Assembly: GCA_964016885.1 (NCBI GenBank) | Contig: OZ024741.1 | Location: forward strand, 402,008,001 to 402,072,000 | DNA: 64,000 bases | Source: Eledone cirrhosa | Taxonomy: Eukaryota | Direction: 5' to 3' | Part shown: positions 1 to 18,700 of the stretch, one piece after another | Position numbering within the stretch: position 1 is the first letter of the stretch | Layout: the number at the start of each line of letters is the position of its first letter | Made by a program: the position numbers and the translations under genes | Notes under the pieces: model-generated | The model's database searches: none | What the model was told of the DNA's origin: nothing | What the model saw: the letters and a program-made list of their open reading frames with translations, nothing else

Positions 1-2188
1 TATAACTACATTATAATCACATATATTATATATAACTATATTATAATCACATATATTATATATAACTACATTATAATCACATATATTATATATAACTATA
101 TTATAATCACATATATTATATATAACTATATTATAATCACATATATAATATATATATATAACTATATTATAATCACATATATTATATATAACTATATTAT
201 AATCACATATATTATATATAACTATATTATAATCACATATATTATATATAACTATATTATAATCACATATAATATATATAACTATATTATAATCACATAT
301 TATATATAACTACATTATAATCACATATATTATATATAACTATATTATAATCACATATATTATATATAACTACATTATAATCACATATATTAGATATATA
401 TAACTACCTTATAATCACATATATTATATATAACTACATTATAATCACATATATTATATATAACTACATTATAATCACATATATTATATATAACTACATT
501 ATAATCACATATATTATATATAACTATATTATAATCACATATATTATATATAAATAACTACATTATAATCACATATATCATATATAACTATATTATAATC
601 ACATATATTATATATAACTACATTATAATCACATATATTATATATATCTATATTATAATCACATATATTATATATATATAACTACATTATAAACACATAT
701 ATTATATATAACTACATTATAATCACATATATTATAAATGTATAACTACATTATAACTACATTATAATCACATATATTATATATAACTATATTATAATCA
801 CATATATTATATATATATAACTACATTATAATCACATATATTATATATAACTATATTATAATCAAATATATTATATATAACTATATTATAATCACATATA
901 TTATATATATATAACTACATTATAATCACATATATTATATATAACTATATTATAATCACGTATATTATATATAAGTACATTATAATCACATATATTATAT
1001 ATAACTATATTATAATCACATATATTATATATAACTATATTATAATCACATATATTATATATATATAACTACATTATAATCACATATATTATATATATAT
1101 AACAACATTATAATCACATATATTATATATAACTATATTATAATCACATATATTATATATATAACTATATTAAAATCACATATATTATATATAACTATAT
1201 TATAATCACATATATTATATATAACTACATTATAATCACATATATTATATATAACTACATTATAATCACATATATTATATATATATATAACTATATTATA
1301 ATCACATATATTATATATAACTATATATAATCACGTATATTATATATAACTATATTATAATCACTTATATTATATATAACTACATTATAATCACATATAT
1401 TATATATAACTACATTATAATCACATATATTATATATAACTATATTATAATCACATATATTATATATATATAACTACATTATAATCACATATATTACATA
1501 TAACTACATTATAATCACATATATTGTATATAAATATATTATAATCACATATATTATATATAACTACATTATAATCACATATATTATATATATAACTATA
1601 TTATAATCACATATATTATATATAACTACATTATAATCACATATATTATATATAACTATATTATAATCACATATATTATATATAAATAACTGCATTATAA
1701 TTACAGATATTATATATAAATAACTACATTATAATCACATATATTATATATAACTACATTATAATCACATATATTATATATAACTATATTATAATGACAT
1801 ATATTATATATAACTACATTATAATCACATGTATTATATATAACTATTTTATAATCACATATATTATATATATATAACTATATGATAATCACATATATTA
1901 TATATAACTATATTATAATCACATATATTATATATAACTATATTATAATCACATATATTATATATAACTATATTATAATCACATATATTATATATAACTA
2001 TATTATAATCACATATGTTATATATAACTATATTATAATCACATATATTATATATATATAACTACATTATAATCACATATATTATATATATATAACTACA
2101 TTATAATCACATATATTATATATAACTACATTATAATCACATGTATTATATATAACTATATTATAATCACATATATTATATATATATC

Positions 2189-2269
2189 CACTTACACCTC
2201 TCCAAGACAATGTCACTGGACTGAGACCTTTGGTGGTACTCAGTAATAGAGAAGACCCGCCTTACCTAA
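2189..2269 (+). pseudogene. Degenerate C-terminal fragment of a LINE ORF with an in-frame TGA (present in all six copies)
   Basis: Manual translation of the consensus gives HLHLSKTMSLD*DLWRYSVIEKTRLT*. TGA sits where CGA (Arg) would restore DRDLWR. The family match is from recalled motif similarity only. Confidence 0.55.
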
Positions 2270-2752
2270 ATACAAAGTAAAACCTACTACAGCCAGTAGG
2301 CATCCCTAACAAAACACACCCCGTCCCACCACCACCACCCCCACCCCATCCACACCGCCCCTTTCAATGTAAAGTTATGTTGGTGCCACAACATCCAGGC
2401 CGAAACAAATGAGATCGTGTAGACACAGTCCACGCTGTAATGTGGCCGTGTAGGCAACACGGTAAAAACCTCCCAGCCCCACACTGTAAATGTGGTTGGT
2501 GTTAGGAAGGGCATCCAGCTGTAGAAAACCTGCCAGACAGTACACGCTGTAATGGGTGACGTGTAGGCAACACGGTAAAAACCTCCCAGCCCCACACTGT
2601 AAATGTGGTTGGTGTTAGGAAGGGCATCCAGCTGTAGAAAACCCGCCAGATAGTCCTATGCGAGCAAGACAATCACTCTTGCCTCAAGTGGGAAAACCGC
2701 CGTCCAAAGCCATGCAAGCGTGGAACACGGTCGTTAAACGTTGATGATGATG
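2189..2752 (+). mobile_element. 5'-truncated non-LTR retrotransposon 3' end (RTE-like LINE remnant), copy 1, long form
   Basis: GC-richer island ending ...CGTTAAACGTT(GAT)3G. Bases 2189-2269 translate to HLHLSKTMSLD*DLWWYSVIEKTRLT*, resembling the DRxxWR-type C-terminus of RTE-clade ORFs. Contains an internal ~112-bp tandem duplication (2425-2656). Confidence 0.8.
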
Positions 2753-3439
2753 AACTACATTATAATCACATATATTATATATAACTATATTATAATCACA
2801 TATATTATATATAACTACATTATAATCACATATATTATATATAACTACATTATAATCACATATATTATATATAACTATATTATAATCACATATATTATAT
2901 ATAAATAACTACATTATAATCACATATATCATATATAACTATATTATAATCACATATATTATATATAACTACATTATAATCACATATATTATATATAACT
3001 ATATTATAATCACATATATTTTATATATATAACTATATTATAATCATATATATTATATATAACTACATTATAATCAAATATATTATATATAACTATATTA
3101 TAATCACATATATTATATATAACTATATTATAATCACATATATTATATATATATAACTATATTATAATCACATATATTATATATAACTATATTATAATCA
3201 GATATATTATATATAACTATATTATAATCACATATATTATATATAACGATATTATAATCACATATATTATATATAACTATATTATAATCACATATTATAT
3301 ATAACTACATTATAATCACATATATTATATATAACTATATTATAATCACATATATTATATATAACTACAATATAATCACATATATTATATATATATAACT
3401 ACCTTATAATCACATATATTATATATAACTATATTATAA

Positions 3440-6400
3440 TCACATATATTATATATAAATAACTACATTATAATCACATATATCATATATAACTATATTA
3501 TAATCACATATATTATATATAACTACATTATAATCACATATATTATATATAACTATATTATAATCACATATATTTTATATATATAACTATATTATAATCA
3601 TATATATTATATATAACTACATTATATTCAAATATATTATATATAACTATATTATAATCACATATATTATATATAACTATATTATAATCACATATATTAT
3701 ATATATATAACTATATTATAATCACATATATTATATATAACTATATTATAATCAGATATATTATATATAACTATATTATAATCACATATATTATATATAA
3801 CGATATTATAATCACATATATTATATATAACTATATTATAATCACATATTATATATAACTACATTATAATCACATATATTATATATAACTATATTATAAT
3901 CACATATATTATATATAACTACATTATAATCACATATATTATATATATATAACTACCTTATAATCACATATATTATATATAACTACATTATAATCACATA
4001 TATTATATATAACTACATTATAATCACATATATTATATATAACTATATTATAATCACATATATTATATATATATAACTACTTTATAGATACATATATTAT
4101 ATATAACTATATTATAATCACATATATTATAAATGTATAACTACATTATTATCACATATATTATATATAACTATATTATAATCACATATATTATATATAT
4201 ATAACTACGTTATAATCACATATATTATATATAACTATATTATAATCAAATATATTATATATAACTATATTATAATCACATATATTATATATATATAACT
4301 ACATTATAATCACATATATTATATATAACTATATTATAATCACATATATTATATATAAGTACATTATAATCACATATAATATATATAGCTATATTATAAT
4401 CACATATATTATATATAACTATATTATAATCACATATATTATATATAACTACATTATAATCACATATATTATATATAACTACATTATAATCACATATATT
4501 ATATATATATATAACTATATTATTATCACATATATTATATATAACTATATAGAATCACGTATATTATATATAACTATATTATAATCACTTATATTATATA
4601 TAACTATATTATAATCACATATATTATATATAACTACATTATAATCACATATATTATATATACAACTATATTATAATCACATATATTATATATAACTACA
4701 TTATAATCACATATATTATATATAACTACATTATAATCACATATATTATATATAACTATATTATAATCGCATATATTATATAGAAATAACTGCATTATAA
4801 TCACATATATTATATATAAATAACTACATTATAATCACATATATTATATATAACTACATTATAATCACATATATTATATATAACTATATTATAATCACAT
4901 ATATTATATATAACTACATTATAATCACATGTATTATATATAACTATATTATAATCACATATATTATATATATATAACTATATTATAATCACATATATTA
5001 TATATAATTATATTATAATCACATATGTTATATATAACTACATTATAATCACATATATTATCTAAATATAACTACATTATAATCACATATATTATATATA
5101 ACTATATTATAATCACATATATTATATATAACTACATTATAATCACATATATTATATATATATAACTACATTATAATCACATATATTACATATAACTATA
5201 TTATAATCACATATATTTTATATAACTATATTATAATCACATATATTTTATATAACTACATTATAATCATATTTATTATATATAACTACATTATAATCAC
5301 ATATATTATATATATATAACTATATTATAATCACATATATTATATATAACTACATTATAATCACATATATTATATATATATAACTATATTATAATCACAT
5401 ATATTATATATAACTACATTATAATCACATATATTATATATATATAACTACATTATAATCACATATATTATATATAACTATATTATAATCACATATATTA
5501 TATATAACTACATTATAATCACATATATTATATATAACTACATTATAATCACATATATTATATATAACTACATTATAATCACATATATTATATATAACTA
5601 TATTATAATCACATATATTATATATATATAACTACATTATAATCACATATATTATATATAACTACATTATAATCACATGTATTATATATAACTATATTAT
5701 AATCACATATATTATATATATATAACTACATTATAATCACATATATTATATATAACTACATTATAATCACATGTATTATATATAACTATATTATAATCAC
5801 ATATATTATATATAACTACATTATAATCACATATATTATATATAACTATATTATAATCACATATTATATATAACTACATTATACTCACATATATTATATA
5901 TAACTATATTATAATCACTTATATTATATATAACTACATTATAATCACATATATTATATATATATAACTACCTTATAATCACATATATTATATATAACTA
6001 CATTATAATCACATATATTATATATAACTATATTATAATCACATATATTATATATAACTACATTATAATCACATATATTATATATAACTACATTATAATC
6101 ACATATATTATATATAACTATATTATAATCACATATATTATATATAAATAACTACATTATAATCACATATATCATATATAACTATATTATAATCACATAT
6201 ACTATATATAACTACATTATAATCACATATATTATATATAACTATATTATAATCACATATATTTTATATATATAACTATATTATAATCATATATATTATA
6301 TATAACTACATTATAATCAAATATATTATATATAACTATATTATAATCACATATATTATATATAACTATATTATAATCACATATATTATATATATATAAC

Positions 6401-8600
6401 TATATTATAATCACATATATTATATATAACTATATTATAATCAGATATATTATATATAACTATATTATAATCACATATATTATATATAACGATATTATAA
6501 TCACATATATTATATATAACTATATTATAATCACATATTATATATAACTACATTATAATCACATATATTATATATAACTATATTATAATCACATATATTA
6601 TATATAACTACATTATAATCACATATATTATATATATATAACTACCTTATAATCACATATATTATATATAACTACATTATAATCACATATATTATATATA
6701 ACTACATTATAATCACATATATTATATATAACTATATTATAATCACATATATTATATATATATAACTACTTTATAGACACATATATTATATATAACTATA
6801 TTATAATCACATATATTATAAATGTATAACTACATTATTATCACATATATTATATATAACTATATTATAATCACATATATTATATATATATAACTACATT
6901 ATAATCACATATATTATATATAACTATATTATAATCAAATATATTATATATAACTATATTATAATCACATATATTATATATATATAACTACATTATAATC
7001 ACATATATTATATATAACTATATTATAATCACATATATTATATATAAGTACATTATAATCACATATATTATATATAACTATATTATAATCACATATATTA
7101 TATATAACTATATTATAATCACATATATTATATATAACTACATTATAATCACATATATTATATATAACTACATTATAATCACATATATTATATATATATA
7201 TAACTATATTATTATCACATATATTATATATAACTATATTATTATCACATATATTATATATAACTATATAGAATCACGTATATTATATATAACTATATTA
7301 TAATCACTTATATTATATATAACTATATTATAATCACATATATTATATATAACTACATTATAATCACATATATTATATATACAACTATATTATAATCACA
7401 TATATTATATATAACTACATTATAATCACATATATTATATATAACTACATTATAATCACATATATTATATATAACTATATTATAATCGCATATATTATAT
7501 AGAAATAACTGCATTATAATCACATATATTATATATAAATAACTACATTATAATCACATATATTATATATAACTACATTATAATCACATATATTATATAT
7601 AACTATATTATAATCACATATATTATATATAACTACATTATAATCACATGTATTATATATAACTATATTATAATCACATATATTATACATATATAACTAT
7701 ATTATAATCACATATATTATATATAATTATATTATAATCACATATGTTATATATAACTATATTATAATCACATATATTATATATATATAACTACATTATA
7801 ATCACATATATTATCTAAATATAACTACATTATAATCACATATATTATATATAACTATATTATAATCACATATATTATATATAACTACATTATAATCACA
7901 TATATTATATATATATAACTACATTATAATCACATATATTACATATAACTATATTATAATCACATATATTTTATATAACTATATTATAATCACATATATT
8001 TTATATAACTACATTATAATCATATTTATTATATATAACTACATTATAATCACATATATTATATATATATAACTATATTATAATCACATATATTATATAT
8101 AACTACATTATAATCCCATATATTATATATATATAACTATATTATAATCACATATATTATATATAACTACATTATAATCACATATATTATATATATATAA
8201 CTACATTATAATCACATATATTATATATAACTATATTATAATCACATATATTATATATAACTACATTATAATCACATATATTATATATAACTACATTATA
8301 ATCACATATATTATATATAACTACATTATAATCACATATATTATATATAACTATATTATAATCACATATATTATATATATATAACTACATTATAATCACA
8401 TATATTATATATAACTACATTATAATCACATGTATTATATATAACTATATTATAATCACATATATTATATATATATAACTACATTATAATCACATATATT
8501 ATATATAACTACATTATAATCACATGTATTATATATAACTATATTATAATCACATATATTATATATAACTACATTATAATCACATATATTATATATAACT
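3440..8600. repeat. Tandem duplication of satellite, period ~2.7 kb (boundaries approximate)
   Basis: Markers AGAATCACGT (4552/7271), TAGAAATAACTGC (~4781/7500), TCTAAATAT (~5061/7813) and CATATTTATT (~5268/8021) recur in the same order. Confidence 0.8.
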
Positions 8601-9373
8601 ATATTATAATCACATATATTATATATAACTATATTATAATCACATATATTATATATATACAACTATATTATAATCACATATATTATATATAACTATATTA
8701 TAATCACATATATTATATATAACTATATTATAATCACATATATTATATATAACTATTTTATAATCACATATATTATATATAACTATATTATAATCACATA
8801 TTATATATAACTACATTATACTCACATATATTATATATAACTATATTATAATCACTTATATTATATATAACTACATTATAATCACATATATTATATATAT
8901 ATAACTACCTTATAATCACATATATTATATATAACTACATTATAATCACATATATTATATATAACTATATTATAATCACATATATTATATATAACTACAT
9001 TATAATCACATGTATTATATATAACTATTTTATAATCACATATATTATATATATATAACTATATTATAATCACATATATTATATATAACTATATTATAAT
9101 CACATATATTATATATAACTATGTTATAATCACATATATTATATATATATAACTATATTATAATCACATATATTATATATAACTATATTATAATCACATC
9201 TGTTATATATAACTATATTATAATCACATATATTATATATATATAACTACATTATAATCACATATATTATATATATATAACTACATTATAATCACATATA
9301 TTATATATAACTACATTATAATCACATGTATTATATATAACTATATTATAATCACATATATTATATATATATC

Positions 9374-9797
9374 CACTTACACCTCTCCAAGACAATGTCA
9401 CTGGACTGAGACCTTTGGCGGTACTCAGTAATAGAGAAGACCCGCCTTACCTAAATACAAAGTAGAACCTACTACAGCCAGTAGGCAACTCTAACAACCC
9501 CCCCCATCCACACCGCCCCTTTCAATGTAAAGTTATGTTGGTGCCACAACATCCAGGCCGAAACAAATGAGATCGTGTAGACACAGTCCACGCTGTAATG
9601 TGGCCGTGTAGGCAACACGGTAAAAACCTCCCAGCCCCACACTGTAAATGTGGTTGGTGTTAGGAAGGGCATCCAGCTGTAGAAAACCCGCCAGATAGTC
9701 CTATGCAAGCAAGACAATCACTCTTGCCTCAAGTGGGAAAACCGCCGTCCAAAGCCATGCAAGCGTGGAACACGGTCGTTAAACGTTGATGATGATG
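9374..9797 (+). mobile_element. RTE-like LINE 3' remnant, copy 2, short form
   Basis: Same junctions as copy 1, one 112-bp unit, shortened C-rich tract, (GAT)3 tail. Confidence 0.8.
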
Positions 9798-12700
9798 AAC
9801 TACATTATAATCACATATATTATATATAACTACATTATAATCACATATATTATATATAACTACATTATAATCACATATATTATATATAACTATATTATAA
9901 TCACATATATTATATATAAATAACTACATTATAATCACATATATCATATATAACTATATTATAATCACATATATTATATATAACTACATTATAATCACAT
10001 ATATTATATATAACTATATTATAATCACATATATTTTATATATATAACTATATTATAATCATATATATTATATATAACTACATTATAATCAAATATATTA
10101 TATATAACTATATTATAATCACATATATTATATATAACGATATTATAATCACATATATTATATATAACTATATTGTAATCACATATTATATATAACTACA
10201 TTATAATCACATATATTATATATAACTATATTATAATCACATATATTATATATAACTACATTATAATCACATATATTATATATATATAACTACCTTATAA
10301 TCACATATATTATATATAACTACATTATAATCACATATATTATATATAACTACATTATAATCACATATATTATAAATGTATAACTACATTATAATCACAT
10401 ATATTATATATAACTATATTATAATCACATATATTATATATATATAACTACATTATAATCACATATATTATATATAACTATATTATAATCAAATATATTA
10501 TATATAACTATATTTTAATCACATATATTATATATATATAACTACATTATAATCACATATATTATATATAACTATATTATAATCACATATATTATATATA
10601 AGTACATTATAATCACATATATTATATATAAATATATTATAATCACATATATTATATATGTATAACTACATTATAATCACATATATTATATATATATAAC
10701 TACATTATAATCACATATATTATATATAACTATATTATAATCACATATATTATATATATATAACTACATTATAATCACATATATTATATATATATAACTA
10801 CATTATAATCACATATATTATATATAACTATATTATAATCACATATATTATATATATATAACGATATTAAAATCACATATATTATATATAACTATATTAT
10901 AATCACATATATTATATATAACTACATTATAATCACATATATTATATATAACTACATTATAATCACATATATTATATATAACTATATTATAATCACATAT
11001 ATTATATATAAATAACTACATTATAATCACATATATCATATATAACTATATTATAATCACATATATTATATATAACTACATTATAATCACATATATTATA
11101 TATAACTATATTATAATCACATATATTTTATATATATAACTATATTATAATCATATATATTATATATAACTACATTATAATCAAATATATTATATATAAC
11201 TATATTATAATCACATATATTATATATAACTATATTATAATCACATATATTATATATATATAACTATATTATAATCACATATATTATATATAACTATATT
11301 ATAATCAGATATATTATATATAACTATATTATAATCACATATATTATATATAACTATATTATAATCACATATATTATATATAACTATATTATAATCACAT
11401 ATTATATATAACTACATTATAATCACATATATTATATATAACTATATTATAATCACATATATTATATATAACTACATTATAATCACATATATTATATATA
11501 TAACTACCTTATAATCACATATATTATATATAACTACATTATAATCACATATATTATATATAACTACATTATAATCACATATATTATATATAACTATATT
11601 ATAATCACATATATTATATATATATAACTACTTTATAGACACATATATTATATATAACTACATTATAATCACATATATTATAAATGTATAACTACATTAT
11701 AATCACATATATTATATATAACTATATTATAATCACATATATTATATATATATAACTACATTATAATCACATATATTATATATAACTATATTATAATCAC
11801 ATATATTATATATAAGTACATTATAATCACATATATTATATATAACTATATTATAATCACATATATTATATATATATAACTACATTATAATCACATATAT
11901 TATATATATATAACTACATTATAATCACATATATTATATATAACTATATTATAATCACATATATTATATATATATAACTACATTATAATCACATATATTA
12001 TATATATATAACTACATTATAATCACATATATTATATATAACTATATTATAATCACATATATTATATATATATAACTATATTAAAATCACATATATTATA
12101 TATAACTATATTATAATCACATATATTATATATAACTACATTATAATCACATATATTATATATAACTACATTATAATCACATATATTATATATATATATA
12201 ACTATATTATAATCACATATATTATATATAACTATATATAATCACGTATATTATATATAACTATATTATAATCACTTATATTATATATAACTATATTATA
12301 ATCACATATATTATATATAACTACATTATAATCACATATATTATATATATAACTATATTATAATCACATATATTATATATAACTACATTATAATCACATA
12401 TATTATATATAACTACATTATAATCACATATATTATATATAACTACATTATAATCACATATATTATATATAACTACATTATAATCACATATATTATATAT
12501 AACTATATTATAATCACATATATTATATATATATAACTACTTTATAGACACATATATTATATATAACTACATTATAATCACATATATTATAAATGTATAA
12601 CTACATTATAATCACATATATTATATATAACTATATTATAATCCCATATATTATATATATATAACTACATTATAATCACATATATTATATATAACTATAT

Positions 12701-15700
12701 TATAATAAAATATATTATATATAACTATATTATAATCACATATATTATATATATATAACTACATTATAATCACATATATTATATATAACTATATTATAAT
12801 CACATATATTATATATAAGTACATTATAATCACATATATTATATATAACTATATTATAATCACATATATTATATATATATAACTACATTATAATCACATA
12901 TATTATATATATATAACTACATTATAATCACATATATTATATATAACTATATTATAATCACATATATTATATATATATAACTACATTATAATCACATATA
13001 TTATATATATATGACTACATTATAATCACATATATTATATATAACTATATTATAATGACATATATTATATATATATAACTATATTAAAATCACATATATT
13101 ATATATAACTATATTATAATCACATATATTATATATAACTACATTATAATCACATATATTTTATATAACTACATTATAATCACATATATTATATATATAT
13201 ATAACTATATTATAATCACATATATTATATATAACTATATATAATCACGTATATTATATATAACTATATTATAATCACTTATATTATATATAACTATATT
13301 ATAATCACATATATTATATATAAATACATTATAATCACATATATTATATATATAACTATATTATAATCACATATATTATATATAACTACATTATAATCAC
13401 ATATATTATATATAACTACATTATAATCACATATATTATATATAACTATATTATAATCACATATATTATATATAAATAACTGCATTATAATCACATATAT
13501 TATATATAAATAACTACATTATAATCACATATATTATATATAACTACATTATAATCACATATATTATATATAACTATATTATAATCACATATATTATATA
13601 TAACTACACTATAATCACATGTATTATATATAACTATATTATAATCACATATATTATATATATATAACTATATTATAATCACATATATTATATATAACTA
13701 TATTATAATCACATATATTATATATAACTATATTATAATCACATATATTATATATATATAACTATATTATAATCACATATATTATATATAACTATATTAT
13801 AATCACATATGTTATATATAACTATATTATAATAACATATATTATACATATATAACTACATTATAATCACATATATTATATATATATAACTACATTATAA
13901 TCACATATATTATATATAACTATATTATAATCACATATAATATATATATAACTACATTATAATCACATATATTATATATATATAACTACATTATAATCAC
14001 ATATATTATATATAACTATATTATAATCACATATATTATATATAACTATATTATAATCACATATATTATATATAACTACATTATAATCATATATATTATA
14101 TATAACTACATTATAATCATATATTATATATATATAACTATATTATAATCACATATATTATATATAACTATATTATAATCACATATATTATATATATATA
14201 ACTATATTATAATCACATATATTATATATAACTACATTATAATCACATATATTATATATATATAACTACATTATAATCACATATATTATATATAACTATA
14301 TTATAATCACATATATTATATATAACTACATTATAATCACATATATTATATATAACTACATTATAATCACATATATTATATATAACTACATTATAATCAC
14401 ATATATTATATATAACTATATTATAATTACATATATTATATATATATAACTACATTGTAATCACATATATTATATATAACTACATTATAATCACATGTAT
14501 TATATATAACTATATTATAATCACATATATTATATATATATAACTACATTATAATCACATATATTATATATAACTACATTATAATCACATGTATTATATA
14601 TAACTATATTATAATCACATATATTATATATAACTACATTATAATCACATATATTATATATAACTATATTATAATCACATATATTATATATAACTATATT
14701 ATAATCACATATATTATATATATACAACTATATTATAATCACATATATTATATATAACTATATTATTATCACATATATTATATATAACTATATTATAATC
14801 ACATATATTATATATAACTATTTTATAACCACATATATTATATATAACTATATTATAATCACATATTATATATAACTACATTATACTCACATATATTATA
14901 TATAACTATATTATAATCACATATATTATATATAACTACATTATAATCACATATATTATATATATATAACTACCTTATAATCACATATATTATATATAAC
15001 TACATTATAATCACATATATTATATATAACTATATTATAATCACAAATATTTTATATAACTACATTATAATCACAAATATTATATATAACTACATTATAA
15101 TCACATATATTATATATATATAACTATATTATAATCACATATATTTTATATATATAACTATATTATAATCACATATATTATATATAACTACATTATAATC
15201 ACATATATTATATATAACTATATTATAATCAATTATATTATATATAACTACATTATAATCACATATATTATATATAACTACATTATAATCACATATATTA
15301 TATATATATAACTATATTATAATCACATATATTATATATAACTACATTATAATCACATATATTATATATAACTATATCATAATCACATATATTATATATA
15401 ACTATATTATAATCACATATATTATATATATATAACTATATTATAATCACATATATTATATATAACTATATTATAATCACATATATTATATATAACTATA
15501 TTATAATCACATATATTATATATAACTATATTATAATCACATATTATATATAACTACATTATAATCACATATATTATATATAACTATATTATAATCACAT
15601 ATATTTTATATAACTACATTATAATCAGATATATTATATATAACTCCATTATAATCACATATATTATATATATATAACTATATTATAATCACATATATTT

Positions 15701-18700
15701 TATATATATAACTATATTATAATCACATATATTATATATAACTACATTATAATCACATATATTATATATAACTATATTATAATCACATATATTATATATA
15801 TATATAACTATATTATAATCACATATATTATATATAACTATATTATAATCACATATATTATATATAACTACATTATAATCACATATATTATATATATATA
15901 ACTACCTTATAATCACATATATTATATATAACTACAATATAATCACATATATTATATATAACTACATTATAATCACATATATTATATATAACTACATTAT
16001 AATCACATATATTATATATATATAACTACATTATAAACACATATATTATATATAACTACATTATAATCACATATATTATAAATGTATAACTACATTATAA
16101 TCACATATATTATATATAACTATATTATAATCACATATATTATATATATATAACTACATTATAATCACATATATTATATATAACTATATTATAATCAAAT
16201 ATATTATATATATATAACTATATTATAATCACATATATTATATATAACTATATTATAATCACATATATTATATATAACTATATTATAATCACATATATGA
16301 TATATAACTATATTATAATCACATATATTATATATAACTATATTATAATCACATATATTATATATAACTATATTATAATCACATATATGATATATAACTA
16401 TATTATAATCACATATATTATATATAACTATATTATAATCACATATATTATATATAACTATATTATAATCACATATTATATATAACTACATTATAATCAC
16501 ATATATTATATATAACTATATTATAATCACATATATTATATATAACTACATTATAATCACATATATTATATATATATAACTACCTTATAATCACATATAT
16601 TATATATAACTACATTATAATCACATATATTATATATAACTATATTATAATCACATATATTTTATATAACTACATTATAATCACATATATTATATATATA
16701 TAACTATATTATAATCACATATATTATATATAACTACATTATAATCACATATATTATATATAACTATATCATAATCACATATATTATATATAACTATATT
16801 ATAATCACATATATTATATATATATAATTATATTATAATCACATATATTATATATAACTATATTATAATCACATATATTATATATAACTATATTATAATC
16901 ACATATATTATATATAACTATATTATAATCACATATATTATATATAACTATATTATAATCACATATTATATATAACTACATTATAATCACATATATTATA
17001 TATAACTATATTATAATCACATATATTTTATATAACTACATTATAATCACATGTATTATATATAACTCCATTATAATCACATATATTATATATATATAAC
17101 TATATTATAATCACATATATTTTATATATATAACTATATTATAATCACATATATTATATATAACTACATTATAATCACATATATTATATATATATAACTA
17201 CATTATAAACACATATATTATATATAACTACATTATAATCACATATATTATAAATGTATAACTACATTATAATCACATATATTATATATAACTACATTAT
17301 AATCACATATATTATATATATATAACTACCTTATAATCACATATATTATATATAACTACATTATAATCACATATATTATATATAACTACATTATAATCAC
17401 ATATATTATATATAACTACATTATAATCACATATATTATATATATATAACTACATTATAAACACATATATTATATATAACTACATTATAATCACATATAT
17501 TATAAATGTATAACTACATTATAATCACATATATTATATATAACTATATTATAATCACATATATTATATATATATAACTACATTATAATCACATATATTA
17601 TATATAACTATATTATAATCAAATATATTATATATATATAACTATATTATAATCACATATATTATATATAACTATATTATAATCACATATATTATATATA
17701 ACTATATTATAATCACATATATTATATATAACTATATTATAATCACATATATTATATATAACTATATTATAATCACATATTATATATAACTACATTATAA
17801 TCACATATATTATATATAACTATATTATAATCACATATATTATATATAACTACATTATAATCACATTTATTATATATATATAACTACCTTATAATAACAT
17901 ATATTATATATAACTACATTATAATCACATATATTATATATAACTATATTATAATCACATATATTTTATATAACTACATTATAATCTAATATATTATATA
18001 TAACTACATTATAATCACATATATTATATATATATAACTATATTATAATCACATATATTTTATATATATAACTATATTATAATCACATATATTATAATTA
18101 ACTACATTATAATCACATATATTATATATAACTATATTATAATCACATATATTATATATAACTACATTATAATCACATATATTATATATATATAACTATA
18201 TTATAATCACATATATTATATATAACTATATTATAATCACATATATTATATATATATAACTATATTATAATCACATATATTATATATAACTATATTATAA
18301 TCAGATATATTATATATAACTATATTATAATCACATATATTATATATAACTATATTATAATCACATATATTATATATAACTATATTATAATCACATATTA
18401 TATATAACTACATTATAATCACATATATTATATATAACTATATTATAATCACATATATTATATACACCTACATTATAATCACATATATTATATATATATA
18501 ACTACCTTATAATCACATATACTATATATAACTACATTATAATCACATATATTATATATAACTACATTATAATCACATATATTATATATAACTATATTAT
18601 AATCACATATATTATATATATATAACTACTTTATAGACACATATATTATATATAACTACATTATAATCACATATATTATAAATGTATAACTACATTATAA

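Noticed and set aside
2287-2595. Trp-rich minus-strand ORFs in the GC islands (also 9472-9717, 57886-58252, 59082-59378) and + ORF 60875-61063
   Set aside because: Mostly antisense readings of a retrotransposon 3' UTR. Starts, stops and frames differ between copies.
2189-2752. Hammerhead ribozyme or retrozyme in the repeated island
   Set aside because: No CTGANGA...GAAA core found on either strand by eye; the TGATGA matches are just the tail. An Infernal/Rfam scan would settle it.
2170-2770. Target-site duplication around the RTE-like remnant
   Set aside because: The left flank ends in (TA)n and the right flank begins AACTAC; no TSD can be distinguished from low-complexity sequence.
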